From an uncultured Gammaproteobacteria bacterium (GTDB lineage: Bacteria > Pseudomonadota > Gammaproteobacteria > Pseudomonadales > UBA5518), in contig CAWFXU010000007.1 of the NCBI GenBank assembly GCA_963819895.1, positions 169,593-233,592 of the forward strand: a stretch of DNA of 64,000 nucleotides. Reading direction: 5' to 3'. Below the pieces are notes generated by a model, which had not been told where the DNA came from, did not search any database, and was given only the letters and a program-made list of their open reading frames with translations. The first letter of the stretch is position 1; every line of letters begins with the position of its first letter. The position numbers were made by a program, and so were the translations under genes. This document shows, in pieces, positions 20,957-31,605 of the stretch.

Positions 20957-22689
20957 GTGCCGCACGAACCCGCGCTGATCACCACCATCGCCGCCGCCTT
21001 CGGGCTGGCACTGATCCTCGGTTTCGTGGCGGTGCGCCTGCGCCTGCCGGCGCTGGTGGGCTACATGATCGCCGGCGTGATCCTCGGACCCGCGACGCCG
21101 GGCTTCGTCGCCGACGTCGAGCTCTCGCAGCAGCTGGCCGAGATCGGCGTGATGCTGCTGATGTTCGGCGTCGGACTGCACTTCTCGCTGGCCGACCTGC
21201 TGGCGGTGCGGCGCATCGCGCTGCCCGGCGCCGTGGCGCAGATAGCCGCCGCCACGGCGCTGGGCGCTGTCGTGGCGCACTTCTGGGGCTGGAGCCCGGG
21301 CGCGGGCCTGGTCTTCGGACTCGCGCTCTCGGTGGCGAGCACCGTGGTGCTGCTGCGCGCGCTGGAGAGCCGCGGCGTGCTCGACTCCATCAACGGGCGC
21401 ATCGCCGTGGGCTGGCTGGTGGTCGAGGACCTGGTGATGGTGCTGGTGCTGGTGCTGCTGCCGCCGCTCGCGGGCTGGCTCGGCGCCGGCGCGGCGGAGG
21501 GCGGCTCGCAGGCCGAGGTGCTGCGCTCGTTCCTGGTCACGATCGGCAAGGTCGCGGCCTTCGTGGGCGCTGATGCTCGTGGTCGGCCGGCGCATGTTCC
21601 CGTGGCTGCTGTGGCAGGTCGCGCGCACCGGCTCGCAGGAGCTGTTCACGCTGTGCGTGATCGCCGCCGCCGTCAGCATCGCCTGGGGCGCCGCCGCGAT
21701 CTTCGGCGTGTCGTTCGCGCTGGGCGCGTTCTTCGCCGGCACGGTGCTGCGCGAATCGGCGCTGAGCCACCGCGCGGCCAACGAGACGCTGCCGTTGCGC
21801 GACGCGTTCTCGGTGCTGTTCTTCGTGTCGGTGGGCATGCTGTTCGACCCGCAGATGCTCGTCGACGAGCCGCTGCGCGTGCTCGCGGTGGTCGCCATCA
21901 TCGTGCTCGGCAAGTCGGTGGCCGCCTTCCTGATCGTGCTGGCCTTCCGCTACCCGCTGAACACCGCGCTCACGGTCTCGGCGAGCCTGGCGCAGATCGG
22001 GGAGTTCTCGTTCATCCTGGCGAGCCTCGGCGTCGTGCTCGGGCTGCTGCCCGTCGAGGGGCAGAGCCTGATCCTCGCCGGCGCGCTGATCTCGATCGCG
22101 CTGAACCCGCTGGTGTTCGGCGCGATCGAGCCGCTGCAGGCGTGGATCCGCGCGCGCTCGCGGCTGGCGCGCCTGTTCGAGCGCCGCGCCGATCCGCTGG
22201 CCGAGATACCCGCGAGCGTGGACGCCGGGCGACTCACCGGGCACGTGCTGATCGTGGGCTACGGGCGCGTGGGACGGCGCATCGGCAAGGCGCTGGCCGC
22301 GGCCGGCATACCGACCGTGGTGGCCGACCAGAACCGCGAGGTCGTGGAGGCGCTGCGCGCGCGCGGCATTCCCGCCGTGGCCGGTGACGCGGCCGATCCG
22401 GCGGTGCTGATCCAGGCCCACGTGGTGCGCGCGCGGATGCTGGTGATCGCCGCGGCCGACCTGGTCCGCGCACGGCAGATGCTCGAGATCGCGCACACCC
22501 TCAGGCCCGACCTGCCGGCGCTGGTGCGGGTGCACGACGATGCCGAGGCGGCAGCTGCTCGGCGCCGAGCCGGCCTGCACCGTGTTCATGGAAGAGCGCG
22601 AACTGGCGGACGCGATGACGCGCGACGTGCTGGCGCGCTGCGCCGAGGCCGAGGCGCAGGCCGAGGCGCACTCGCAGCCGCACGCCTGA
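20957..22689 (+). pseudogene. ybaL: YbaL-type cation:proton antiporter with C-terminal RCK/TrkA-N domain, two frameshifts
   Basis: Collinear with E. coli YbaL as I recall it: PALITTIAAAFGLALILGF, LAEIGVMLLMFGVGLHFS, SLAQIGEFSFILA, LIVGYGRVG. Reading frames run 2 to 0 near 21566 and 0 to 1 near 22551. Stop TGA at 22687-22689. Confidence 0.9.
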
Positions 22690-22779
22690 ACCGTCCCGCA
22701 TTCAGATTCGGTTAAGCTTCTCGCCGTAGTCTGGCCACGTTGTCACCGAGGCAACCCCCGTCAACTACAGGAGCTCATC

Positions 22780-23091
22780 ATGAAACACATCATCGCACTC
22801 ATCGCTTGCGCCACCCTCGTCGCCGCCGCGGGCTTCGCGCACGCCGGCGAGGACATCGGCCCGGACAAGGCCGTCGAGCTGCTGCAGGCCGGCACCATCA
22901 TGCCCTTCGAGCAACTCAACGCCGCGGCGCTGGCCTCTCACCCCGACGGCGTGATCGGCGACACCGAGCTCGAGAACGAGTACGGCAAGTACGTCTACAA
23001 GGTGGAGCTGCGCGACACGGCAGGCCAGGAATGGGACGTCGACGTCGATGCCGCCACCGGTGCCGTGCTGTCGGACACGAAGGACGACTGA
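22780..23091 (+). CDS. PepSY domain protein (secreted)
   Basis: 103 aa with a signal peptide. The motif YGKYVYKVELRDTAGQEWDVDVDAATGAVL is typical of PepSY. Confidence 0.8.
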   Translation: MKHIIALIACATLVAAAGFAHAGEDIGPDKAVELLQAGTIMPFEQLNAAALASHPDGVIGDTELENEYGKYVYKVELRDTAGQEWDVDVDAATGAVLSDTKDD

Positions 23092-23097
23092 GCCCCG

Positions 23098-23403
23098 ATG
23101 CGGCCGCTGCGGCTTGTCCTGCCGGTCGCGCTCGCCCTTGCGGCGGGCGCGACCGGCGCCCACGACATCGACCAGGACGAGGCCCTGGCCCTGCGCCGCA
23201 GCGGTACGCTGCAGCCCCTGGAGTCGCTGCTCGCGCGCGCACGCGAGCGCCATCCGGGCGCCACGCTGCTGGAGGTCGAACTCGAGGACGAGCACGGGCG
23301 GGTGGTCTATGAGCTCGAAGTGCTGACCAGCAGCGGCGCGGTGCGGGAGCTCGAGTTCGACGCGCGCAGCGGCGAGCTGCTGAAGGACGAGGAAGAGGAC
23401 TGA
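23098..23403 (+). CDS. PepSY domain protein (secreted)
   Basis: 101 aa with a signal peptide. [30 protein letters not shown]. Confidence 0.8.
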   Translation: MRPLRLVLPVALALAAGATGAHDIDQDEALALRRSGTLQPLESLLARARERHPGATLLEVELEDEHGRVVYELEVLTSSGAVRELEFDARSGELLKDEEED

Positions 23404-24085
23404 TGCGCCTGCTGCTGGTCGAGGACAGCGTGGCGCTGGCCGACGAGCTGCTGCCGCGCCTGAAGCAGGCCGGCTACGCGGTGGACTGGCTCGCCGACGG
23501 CCGCGACGCGAGCCGCCGCGCCGGCGAGGAGAACTACGACATCGCGGTGCTGGACCTCGGCCTGCCCGGACGCAACGGTCTCGAGGTGCTGCACGACTGG
23601 CGCACGGCCGGCCTGGCGCTGCCGGTGCTGGTTCTCACCGCGCGCGACAGCTTTGCCGACCGCATCGCGGGGCTGCGCGCCGGCGCCGACGATTACCTCG
23701 CCAAGCCCTTTCATCCCGATGAGCTGCTGCTGCGCCTGCAGGCGCTGCTGCGCCGGCACCATGGCCACAGCAACGCCCCGCGCCTGGTGGTCGGCGCGCT
23801 GGCGCTGGACGAGGAACGCCAGCTCGTGGAGCGTGAGCGGCACGGCGGTGGCGCTGAGCGGCGCCGAGTTCCGCCTGCTGCGCTGCTTCATGCTGCACCC
23901 GGACCGCGTGCTCTCGCGCGGCCAGCTCGAGGAGCATCTCTACGACGGCGAGACCGAGCGCGACAGCAACGTGCTGGAGGTGCTGGTCAACCGCCTGCGC
24001 CGCAAGCTCGGGACGCGAGGTCATCGAGACGCGGCGCGGCCAGGGCTATTGCCTTCGCGGCGCCTGCGCGCCGGATGGTTCCTGA
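23403..24085 (+). pseudogene. OmpR-family response regulator, two frameshifts
   Basis: Receiver domain MRLLLVEDS...[11 protein letters not shown]...ADDYLAKPF is in frame 0. The winged-helix part [15 protein letters not shown]...[15 protein letters not shown] is in frame 1. The tail [14 protein letters not shown] is in frame 2. Shifts lie near 23829 and 24014. Confidence 0.85.
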
Positions 24086-25406
24086 GTGCGCCGTGCCTCC
24101 ATCGGCCGGCAGCTGAGCATCGGCCTTGCGACGAGCCTGCTCGCGGGCGCGCTGCTGATCGGCGTGGTCGCGACGCTGCTGTTCGAGCGGGCGCTGCGCC
24201 AGTACGCGCTCGAGATCCTGGAAGACGACGCGCGCAGCGTGCTCGCGGCGATCGCGCCCGGCCCGCAGGGCCTGCGCCTCGACACCGCACGCCTGTCGCC
24301 GGCGTACGCCACACCGCTGTCGGGCCGCTATTTCGTGGTCGAGACCGGCGACTACGCGCTGGCGCTCGCGCTCGCTGTGGGACTTCGAGCTTGCGGTGCC
24401 GCGCGCGCCCGGCGCCGTGCCCGGACTGATCGACGGCCCCGAGCAGCAGCGCCTGCTGAGCCTGCGCGCGGATTACCGCCGCCACGGCAGCGCGATATCC
24501 GTCGTCGTGGCCGCCGACATGGCGCCGCTGCTCGCGCAGTTCGGGCGCATCGGGCTGCTGTTGCTCGGGCTCGGCTTCGTCGTGGTGGCGCTGCTGACCT
24601 GGGTGCAGCGCTGGTGGATGCGCCGCGCCGCGCTGCGACCGCTGCAGCAGGCGCAGCAGCAGCTGCAGCAGCTGCAACGCGGCGAGCGCGAGCTGCTCGA
24701 GGCCGACGCGCCGCGCGAGCTCGCAGCCGCTGATCGCGGAGATCAACCGCCTGCTCGCGCACACGCGCGCCTCGCTGGCGCGCTCGCGCCATGCGCTCGG
24801 CAACCTGGGACACGCGCTGAAGACGCCGCTGGCGGTGCTGCTGACCGTGAGCCGAGCGCGCCGACCCGGAGCTGCGCGCACAGTTGCAGACGCAGCTCGC
24901 GCAGATGCAGCGCCGCATCGCGCGCGAGCTCGGCCGCGCCCGCACCGCCGGCGAGGCCGCCGGCGGCGAGCGCTTCGTGCCGCAGCGAGGACCTGCCGCT
25001 GCTGATCGACAGCGTGCAGCGCGCGCACGCTCGCGAGCTGGACATCGACTGGCAGGCGCCCGCGGGCGCGCTGGCGCTCGAGCGCGACGACATGCTGGAG
25101 CTGCTGGGCAACCTGCTCGACAACGCCTGCAAATGGGCGCGGAGCTCGGTGCGCCTGCGCATCGAGGCCGAGCCGCGGCAGGTCCGGATCCGGCTCGAGG
25201 ACGACGGTCCCGGCATCGCCGAGGCGCGGCACGCCGAGGCGCTGGCACGCGGCAACCGGCTCGACGAGCAGGTCGAGGGCCACGGCCTGGGGCTCGGCAT
25301 CGCAAGCGACATCGTCGCGGCCTATCATGGCGAGCTGGAGTTGCAGCGCAGCACGCTCGGCGGTTTGCTGGTACTGGTGCGCCTGCCGCTGCAGGAGCTG
25401 GACTGA
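24086..25406 (+). pseudogene. sensor histidine kinase, about four frameshifts
   Basis: N-terminal TM and periplasmic part are in ORF 24086... The H-box LGNLGHALKTPLAVL is readable only in a third frame. The HATPase part (LLGNLLDNACKWA, DDGPGI, GHGLGLGI) is in ORF 24396..25406. Shifts lie near 24360, 24725, 24855 and 24990. Confidence 0.8.
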
Positions 25407-25426
25407 GCATTGCGGCGCGAGACCAG

Positions 25427-28400
25427 TCAGGCCGGCAGGTTGTCGCGCAGCAGCCGGTGCAGCGCGGCGTGGTCGATCGGCTTGTGCAGTACATCGATCA
25501 CGTAGCAGTCGCGGCACTCGTCGTCGGCGATCGGCTCGCTGTATCCCGTGTACAGGATGATCTTGGGGGCGGGGAGCAGTTCGGTGACGGAGCGTGCGAG
25601 CGTGAGCCCGCTCATGCCCGGCATGGTCTGGTCCACCAGTGCGATATCGAATTCGAGATCCCCCGCTGCCACCGTCGCCAGCGCCACGCGCGGATCGGAG
25701 AAGGCGTGCACCGCGAGCCCCCACTCGGCGAGCTGCTCCTCCATGTACTCGAGTACGTGGGCATCGTCGTCGACCAGCAGGACCGTGCCCGCGAGCGTGT
25801 CCTCGCGCGAGCCGGGAACCCGGCCGGCCACGGCTTCGGCACGCGCTGGCGCCGTGGTCGGCGCGTGCGCCAGCAGCACGCGGAACGAGGTACCGCGACC
25901 CGGCTCGGTGTCGACCAGGATGTGACCGCCGTAGTCGTGCACGATGCCATGGGTCGTCGACAGACCCATGCCGGTGCCCTTGCCCGCGAGCTTGGTGGTG
26001 AAGAACGGATCGAACATGCGCTCCAGCACCTCGGGTGTGATGCCGTGGCCGGTGTCCGTGACCGACAGCTCGATGAACTCCCCGCTGACGTCCTTGCGGC
26101 AGGCGCTGCACACGGTGTCGGAGAAGCGCCTGCTGCGCAGCGCGACGTTCAGCGAGCCGCGCGAATCCATCGCGTCGCGCGCATTGATGCAGAGATTCAT
26201 CAGTACCTGGTCGAGTTGCGTCGGGTCGAACAGCACCGCCGGCAACCCCGGCTGGTAGTGGCTGCTGAACTGCACGCTGGAGGGCAGGGTCGAGCGCAAC
26301 AGCTCCTCGAATTCTCCGAGGTGCTGCGCGAGATCCACCGCCACGCGATCGCCGCGCTGACCGCGGCTGAAGACCAGCAGCTGCTGCACGAGGCTTCGCG
26401 CACGCTCGGCCGAGCGCAGCGACTTCTCCAGGTAGCGGCCCGCCTTCTGATCGCCGGTTTCTGCGAGCCGTTCCTGTGCCATCGCGACGTAACCGGTCAG
26501 GCTGGTCAGCAGGTTGTTGAAGTCGTGCGCGATGCCGCCGGCGAGGTGGCCGATCGCCTCCATCTTCTGGGCCTGGCGGAGCTGTGACTGCAGCTGCTCG
26601 CGCTGCGCGGCGGCGGCCTTCTGTTCGGTGAGATCGCTGAGGAACGCGATGAGTATGCAGCCCTCCGCGCTGTCCGACAGCGAAATCGTGAGCTCGGCAT
26701 CGAATTCCTCGCCGTCCGCGCGCTGTGCCCGCACCTCGATGGGCCGGTCCATGATGCGGCTCTCCCCCGTCTCCAGGTAGCGCTGCATGCCGGCGCGGTG
26801 CGCCGCGCGCAGGCGTGGCGGTATGAGGAGCTCGGCCATCTCGCGCCCGATCGCCTCCGCCGCGGGGATGCGGAAGGTCGCTTCGGCCATCGGGTTGAAC
26901 TCGATGATGCGCCCGCACGGATCCACGGCGACGATGCAGTCACGGGAACGCTCGACGGTTGCCCGCAGGCGCTGCTCGCTCAGCACCAGCTTGCGCTGCT
27001 CCTCGACGCGACGCGAGATGTCACGGATCGTGATCAGCAGGTGAGTCTCACCGCGGTACACGACCGGGGTAGCGCGCGCATCCACCGGGAATCGGTCGCC
27101 GCCGCGGCGCTGCGCGACGCCCTCGGCCTCGAAGGGTTCGCCGGTGCCGATCGAGTGCAGCATGGCCCGCCAGCGCCCGGACCCGGGATCGGCGGCCAGC
27201 GAAGCGGCGGGCCGGCCCACCAGTTCCTCCAGCGTGTAGCCGAACATCTGCAGGAATGCGGGATTGACATCGATGATGCGCGCCGCGCGGTCCATCAGCA
27301 GCAGCCCGTCCGCGGAAACGCTGAAGATCGAGCGGTACTGCTCTTCGCTGGATCGCAAAGCCTCCTCGGTGCGCACGCGCTCGGTGACATCGCGCACGAT
27401 CTGCAGCACGTGCGGCTCGCCCTGATGCAGGAACGGGATGGCGCGCGCCTCGGTGATGATAGGCTGGCCGTCCTTGCGCAGTGCTTCCATTTCGGCACGA
27501 CAAGTCTCGCCGGCCAGCGCGCGGCGCACCATGTCGAGGCGGGGGCGCACGTACTGCTCGGGATACGGCAGACCCTCGAAGCCGCGCCCCACGACCTCCT
27601 CGCGCGTGAAGCCGAATATCCTCGCGTGCGCCGCATTGACGTCCACGCGCTGCAGGCGGCTGTTCCACAGCATCAGCGCGTCGGCGGTCGCGTTGAAGAT
27701 GGCGCGGTACTGTTCCTCGCTCGCGCGCAGCGCGGCCTCCGCCTGCTTGCGCTCGGTGATGTCGCGCCCGATGTAGAGCACGTGCGCCTCGCCGCCGTAT
27801 TGCATCGGCACGACCATCAGCTCGGTGTACACGGGCCGTCCGTCGATGCCCGTGCCCTCGGCCTCGATACGCTCGCGCTCGCCGGCGAGAACGCGGCAGT
27901 GGAGGGCGAGGAGTTCCGCCTCCGAGCCGAGGAACGGCACCGTGATGCGACGCGAACCGAGCACCTGCTCGCGCCGCACTCCCAGCGCCCGCTCGTAGGC
28001 AGGGTTCACGTCCACGATGCGGAAATCGGCGTCGCGCAGCACCATCGCGTCGGCGCCCGCGTTGAAGATCGCGCGGTACTGCTCCTCGCTGGCGCGCAGC
28101 GCCTCCTCGCTGCGCAGCCGCTCGAGCTCCGCGGCGGCTCGCATCGAACAGATCCCGAGCAGTGCGCTGACGTGCCCGCCATCGTCGAGCGGACGTGTGC
28201 GCAGCACGGCGATGATGCCGAGCGGCGCGCCCGCCGAATCGAACAGCGGCATCCCGGCGTAGCTGTCGAAGCCCGCGCTGATGATCATGCCGTTGCGCGG
28301 GTACTCGCGGGCCAGCCCGCGATCGATCATGCGCAGCGTACCCCCCCAGACGCTCGCGCAGGGCGTGCCCTCGAGGTCGTAGGAGATGTTGTCGACGACG

Positions 28401-28639
28401 ACGCCGCGCTCGCAGGCCGCAAGGGTCTCGATGCGCTCGCCCCTGCGCCGGCCGATCAGCGCGAAGTCGACGTCGAGCGAGCGGCACAGCAGCATGGTCA
28501 GCTCGCGCAGCACGTTCTCGCCCTGCGTGCCGGTGATGTCGAACACGACGTGCCGCATCGCCTCGTCGAGCCGTTGCCCGCGCGAGCCGGTCCGATGCGC
28601 GTCGCTCACCGCGATGGAATCCACCGGCCCGGAGTTCAT
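25427..28639 (-). CDS. hybrid sensor kinase: GAF, 4 PAS, HisKA, HATPase, receiver
   Basis: Start at ATG 28639 (MNSGPVDS), 1070 aa, no frameshift. Has a GAF region and four PAS units each preceded by an [16 protein letters not shown]-like linker. H-box is IAHDFNNLL. HATPase motifs are TDTGHGI and GKGTGMGLS. The receiver domain carries VLLVDDD...DQTMPGMSG. The first ~200 codons of ORF 25427..29242 are out-of-frame read-through of the upstream regulator. Confidence 0.9.
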   Translation of the reverse strand: MNSGPVDSIAVSDAHRTGSRGQRLDEAMRHVVFDITGTQGENVLRELTMLLCRSLDVDFALIGRRRGERIETLAACERGVVVDNISYDLEGTPCASVWGGTLRMIDRGLAREYPRNGMIISAGFDSYAGMPLFDSAGAPLGIIAVLRTRPLDDGGHVSALLGICSMRAAAELERLRSEEALRASEEQYRAIFNAGADAMVLRDADFRIVDVNPAYERALGVRREQVLGSRRITVPFLGSEAELLALHCRVLAGERERIEAEGTGIDGRPVYTELMVVPMQYGGEAHVLYIGRDITERKQAEAALRASEEQYRAIFNATADALMLWNSRLQRVDVNAAHARIFGFTREEVVGRGFEGLPYPEQYVRPRLDMVRRALAGETCRAEMEALRKDGQPIITEARAIPFLHQGEPHVLQIVRDVTERVRTEEALRSSEEQYRSIFSVSADGLLLMDRAARIIDVNPAFLQMFGYTLEELVGRPAASLAADPGSGRWRAMLHSIGTGEPFEAEGVAQRRGGDRFPVDARATPVVYRGETHLLITIRDISRRVEEQRKLVLSEQRLRATVERSRDCIVAVDPCGRIIEFNPMAEATFRIPAAEAIGREMAELLIPPRLRAAHRAGMQRYLETGESRIMDRPIEVRAQRADGEEFDAELTISLSDSAEGCILIAFLSDLTEQKAAAAQREQLQSQLRQAQKMEAIGHLAGGIAHDFNNLLTSLTGYVAMAQERLAETGDQKAGRYLEKSLRSAERARSLVQQLLVFSRGQRGDRVAVDLAQHLGEFEELLRSTLPSSVQFSSHYQPGLPAVLFDPTQLDQVLMNLCINARDAMDSRGSLNVALRSRRFSDTVCSACRKDVSGEFIELSVTDTGHGITPEVLERMFDPFFTTKLAGKGTGMGLSTTHGIVHDYGGHILVDTEPGRGTSFRVLLAHAPTTAPARAEAVAGRVPGSREDTLAGTVLLVDDDAHVLEYMEEQLAEWGLAVHAFSDPRVALATVAAGDLEFDIALVDQTMPGMSGLTLARSVTELLPAPKIILYTGYSEPIADDECRDCYVIDVLHKPIDHAALHRLLRDNLPA

Positions 28640-29361
28640 GGCGAGGGGCAGAACATGTAGCCGACGCCGCGCACGGTGCGGATCACGCGCGGGTGGTCTG
28701 GGTCGGGCTCGATCTTGCGGCGCAGGCGCGCGATGCGGATGTCGATCGAGCGGTCGAAGGGATCCCAGTCGCGGTTCTGCGTCAGCTCGAGGATGGTGTC
28801 GCGCGAGAGCGGACGGTTCGGCCGCTCGCTGAACACGCGCAGCAGGTTGAATTCCATCGCAGTGACCGGGATGTCCCCGCCGTCGACGGCGAACAGTTGC
28901 TGCCGGTCGAGGTCGAGCAGGCACGCGCCGACCTGCACGCGCCGCGTCGGCTCCGCGCCGGCGGCACGCGGTGCCAGTCGCGCGTAGCGACGCGCCACGC
29001 TGCGCAGGCGCGCGCGCAGCTCGCGCAGTTCGAAGGGTTTGGCGAGGTAGTCGTCCGCCCCGACCTCCAGTCCGATGATGCGGTCGATGGTCTCCCCGGC
29101 GCCGGAAACCATGACGATGCCGACGTGGTGGCGCTCGCGCAGGTGCCGCGCGAAGCTCAGCCCGTCCTCGCCCGGCAGGCCGACGTCGAGCAGCGCAACG
29201 CCGATCGGCTGGCTCGCGAGCAGCTCGCGCGCCTCGGCACAATCCGCGGCGAGGTGCACCGTGCAGCCGTGCTCGCCCAGGTAATCCGCGAGGAGTTCGC
29301 GGATCCCGGGATCATCGTCGACCACCAGCACGCCGAGAGGCTGAGCGGGTGTGTCGGGCAT
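28636..29361 (-). CDS. OmpR-family response regulator
   Basis: Start at ATG 29361: MPDTPAQPLGVLVVDDDPGIRELL. Winged-helix C-terminus is RVIRTVRGVGYMF. The stop overlaps the kinase start (ATGA at 28636-28639). Confidence 0.9.
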   Translation of the reverse strand: MPDTPAQPLGVLVVDDDPGIRELLADYLGEHGCTVHLAADCAEARELLASQPIGVALLDVGLPGEDGLSFARHLRERHHVGIVMVSGAGETIDRIIGLEVGADDYLAKPFELRELRARLRSVARRYARLAPRAAGAEPTRRVQVGACLLDLDRQQLFAVDGGDIPVTAMEFNLLRVFSERPNRPLSRDTILELTQNRDWDPFDRSIDIRIARLRRKIEPDPDHPRVIRTVRGVGYMFCPSP

Positions 29362-29431
29362 GGCGTCGTGTCTCGTTGCTGTGCCTGTCACGCTGTTATC
29401 CCCTTCCGCGGGCCCGCACCAGGCGCCTCGC

Positions 29432-29566
29432 TCACAGCAGATCGCCGAGCAGCGCGATGGCGACCAGCCACGCACAACCCTTGGCGAGGAGGAACAGGAA
29501 GCCGGCCAGCGCCGCTCGGCGCAGCACGTGCCGGGTGGACTGGTCTGCAATGACTGCCTCGCTCAT
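29432..29566 (-). CDS. small single-TM protein (44 aa), hypothetical
   Basis: MSEAVIADQSTRHVLRRAALAGFLFLLAKGCAWLVAIALLGDLL. GGAGGAG lies 4 nt upstream of the ATG. It sits directly upstream of the regulator-kinase pair on the same strand. Only the last 45 codons of ORF 29432..30262 are credible. Confidence 0.4.
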   Translation of the reverse strand: MSEAVIADQSTRHVLRRAALAGFLFLLAKGCAWLVAIALLGDLL

Positions 29567-29888
29567 GGTCTCCTCCCGTGGTTGCGGTGTCGGCTTCCGA
29601 CCATGCAAAGGCTGGAGGCGAGTCGTTGCGGTTGGATTTCCGCGTGTTGCGATCGTGTCGCCGAATTGTTTCGGCTCTGTATCGGTGTCGAGTGCGCGCG
29701 CCCGGCGGCCAGCGGGTGCGGCTGTCGCTGCAGGCCACGGATCCGCCGGCGCAGGGCGACTGGCACGCCCGGCCGCGCTGGCCTCGGCGCGGGCGCCCGT
29801 GCGACCATTCCCCCCCGACAGCACACTCGCCTCCTGCACGCGCGCAGCCGGCGTGCGGCTCGCGGAAACGACAGGGAGAGAAAGACCA

Positions 29889-31559
29889 GTGACAGCCGCG
29901 GATAGCCTGCCGCCCGCCCCGAGCTGGGGGCCGTTCGAGCCACTGCGCGAACGCACCTTCCGCCGGATCTGGTCGACCAGCCTGCTGTCGAACTTCGGCC
30001 AGCTCATCCTGGGCGTCGCCGCCGCCTGGGAGATGACCCGGCTCACCACCTCGGCCGAGATGGTCGCGCTGGTGCAGTCGGCGCTGATGCTGCCGCTGAT
30101 GCTCGTCTCGGTGCCGGGCGGCGCGATCGCCGACATGTTCGACCGGCGCAGGATCGCGATGACGGGGCTGGGCTTCGCCACGCTCTGCGCGGCGACGCTC
30201 ACGGCGCTCTCCTGGTCCGGGTTCACGAGCCCCTGGATGCTGCTCGTGTTCTGCTCGCTCATCGGTACCGGGGTCGCGCTCTACGGACCCTCGTGGCAGG
30301 CCTCGATCAGCGAGCAGGTCACGCCCGAGCAGCTGCCGGCGGCGATCGCGCTGGGCTCGATCAGCTACAACATCGCCCGCAGCTTCGGCCCCGCGCTCGG
30401 CGGCATGATCGTGCTGGCGGCGGGAGCAACGGCCGCCTTTGCGATCAATGCCGTCTTCTACCTGCCGCTGCTCGCCGCGTTCTTCCTGTGGCGGCGCGAG
30501 CAGGTTCCCGGGCGGCTTCCGCCGGAACGCATGCACCGCGCCATCGTCTCGGGTGCGCGCTATGCGAGGCATTCGCCGCCGATCCGCACCGTGCTGATCC
30601 GCGCCTTCGTCTTCGGGGCCGCGAGCGCGTCGATCGCGGCGCTCACCCCGCTCGTGGCGCGCGACCTGCTGCACGGCGACGCCAAGACGTTCGGCCTGCT
30701 GCTCGGCGCCAGCGGCGTTGGCGCGGTGATCGGCGCGCTCCTCATCGGCCAGGTCCGGGAGCGGCTGAAGGGCGAGCATGCGGTCCGGCTCTGCGCGAGC
30801 GTCGCGGGCCTGATGGTGCTCGTCGTCGGCCTGAGCCACAACCTGCTGCTCACCGGCGCGGTGATGCTGGTGGCAGGCGCCGCCAACATGCTGCTCATCT
30901 CGCTGTTCAATGTCGCGGTGCAGTTGTCCGCCCCGCGCTGGGTCACGGCGCGGGCGCTGTCGCTGTTCAACGCCTCGCTGACGGGCGGGATCGCGCTCGG
31001 CGCCTGGCTGTGGGGACAGGCCGCCGGCGAATGGGGCGTGGGCGGTGCGCTCGTCGCATCGGGAGTCCTGCTGATCCTGACGCTGCTGATCGGCTTCGTC
31101 CTGCCGATGCCGGCCGTGTCGCTCGCCGAGGTCGAGATGGTCGATATCGGGTACGAGCCCGAGGTCGAGCTCGCGATCACCGCGCGCAGCGGCCCGATCG
31201 TCATCGAGATCGACTACCGGGTCGATCCCGCCGAAGCGCGCCAGTTCTACGAGGCGATGCTGAAACTGCAGCGCGTGCGGCTCGGAAACGGCGGCTTCGA
31301 CTGGTCGATCTCGCGCGATATCGCCGACCCCGCACTCTGGACCGAGCGCTATCATCTGCCGACGTGGGGCGACTATCTGCGCCTGCGCAGCCGCTTCACC
31401 CAGGCCGACCGGGAATTGCAGGCCAGGGCCGATGCGTTCCACGTGCCCGACGCCGCGGTGCGCGTGCGCCGGCGGCTCGAGCGGCCGTTCGGCTCCGTGC
31501 GCTGGCGTGCGGAGACGCCCGATCCGGACGTCGACCGCATCAGCATCAATGCGCCCTGA
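29889..31559 (+). CDS. MFS transporter (MFS_3 / EntS-like) with ~140-aa soluble C-terminal extension
   Basis: Proposed GTG start at 29889. FRRIWSTSLLSNFGQLILGVAAAWEM is followed by about 12 TM segments. The tail from about 31130 is hydrophilic. Confidence 0.8.
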   Translation: MTAADSLPPAPSWGPFEPLRERTFRRIWSTSLLSNFGQLILGVAAAWEMTRLTTSAEMVALVQSALMLPLMLVSVPGGAIADMFDRRRIAMTGLGFATLCAATLTALSWSGFTSPWMLLVFCSLIGTGVALYGPSWQASISEQVTPEQLPAAIALGSISYNIARSFGPALGGMIVLAAGATAAFAINAVFYLPLLAAFFLWRREQVPGRLPPERMHRAIVSGARYARHSPPIRTVLIRAFVFGAASASIAALTPLVARDLLHGDAKTFGLLLGASGVGAVIGALLIGQVRERLKGEHAVRLCASVAGLMVLVVGLSHNLLLTGAVMLVAGAANMLLISLFNVAVQLSAPRWVTARALSLFNASLTGGIALGAWLWGQAAGEWGVGGALVASGVLLILTLLIGFVLPMPAVSLAEVEMVDIGYEPEVELAITARSGPIVIEIDYRVDPAEARQFYEAMLKLQRVRLGNGGFDWSISRDIADPALWTERYHLPTWGDYLRLRSRFTQADRELQARADAFHVPDAAVRVRRRLERPFGSVRWRAETPDPDVDRISINAP

Positions 31560-31605
31560 ACCGTCGCCTGGCGGCAGTCTTGTCTCATCGCAAGCGGAGG
31601 CTCTC

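Noticed and set aside
28640-29242. N-terminal 200-aa extension of the hybrid kinase ORF (25427..29242)
   Set aside because: The extension is an out-of-frame reading of the response regulator gene. The kinase starts at the ATG at 28639, overlapping the regulator stop.
29567-30262. Upstream 230 codons of ORF 29432..30262 (276 aa)
   Set aside because: This part is antisense to the MFS transporter and crosses its promoter region. The translation is low-complexity. Only the terminal 44-codon segment, which has its own strong Shine-Dalgarno sequence, was kept, and at low confidence.
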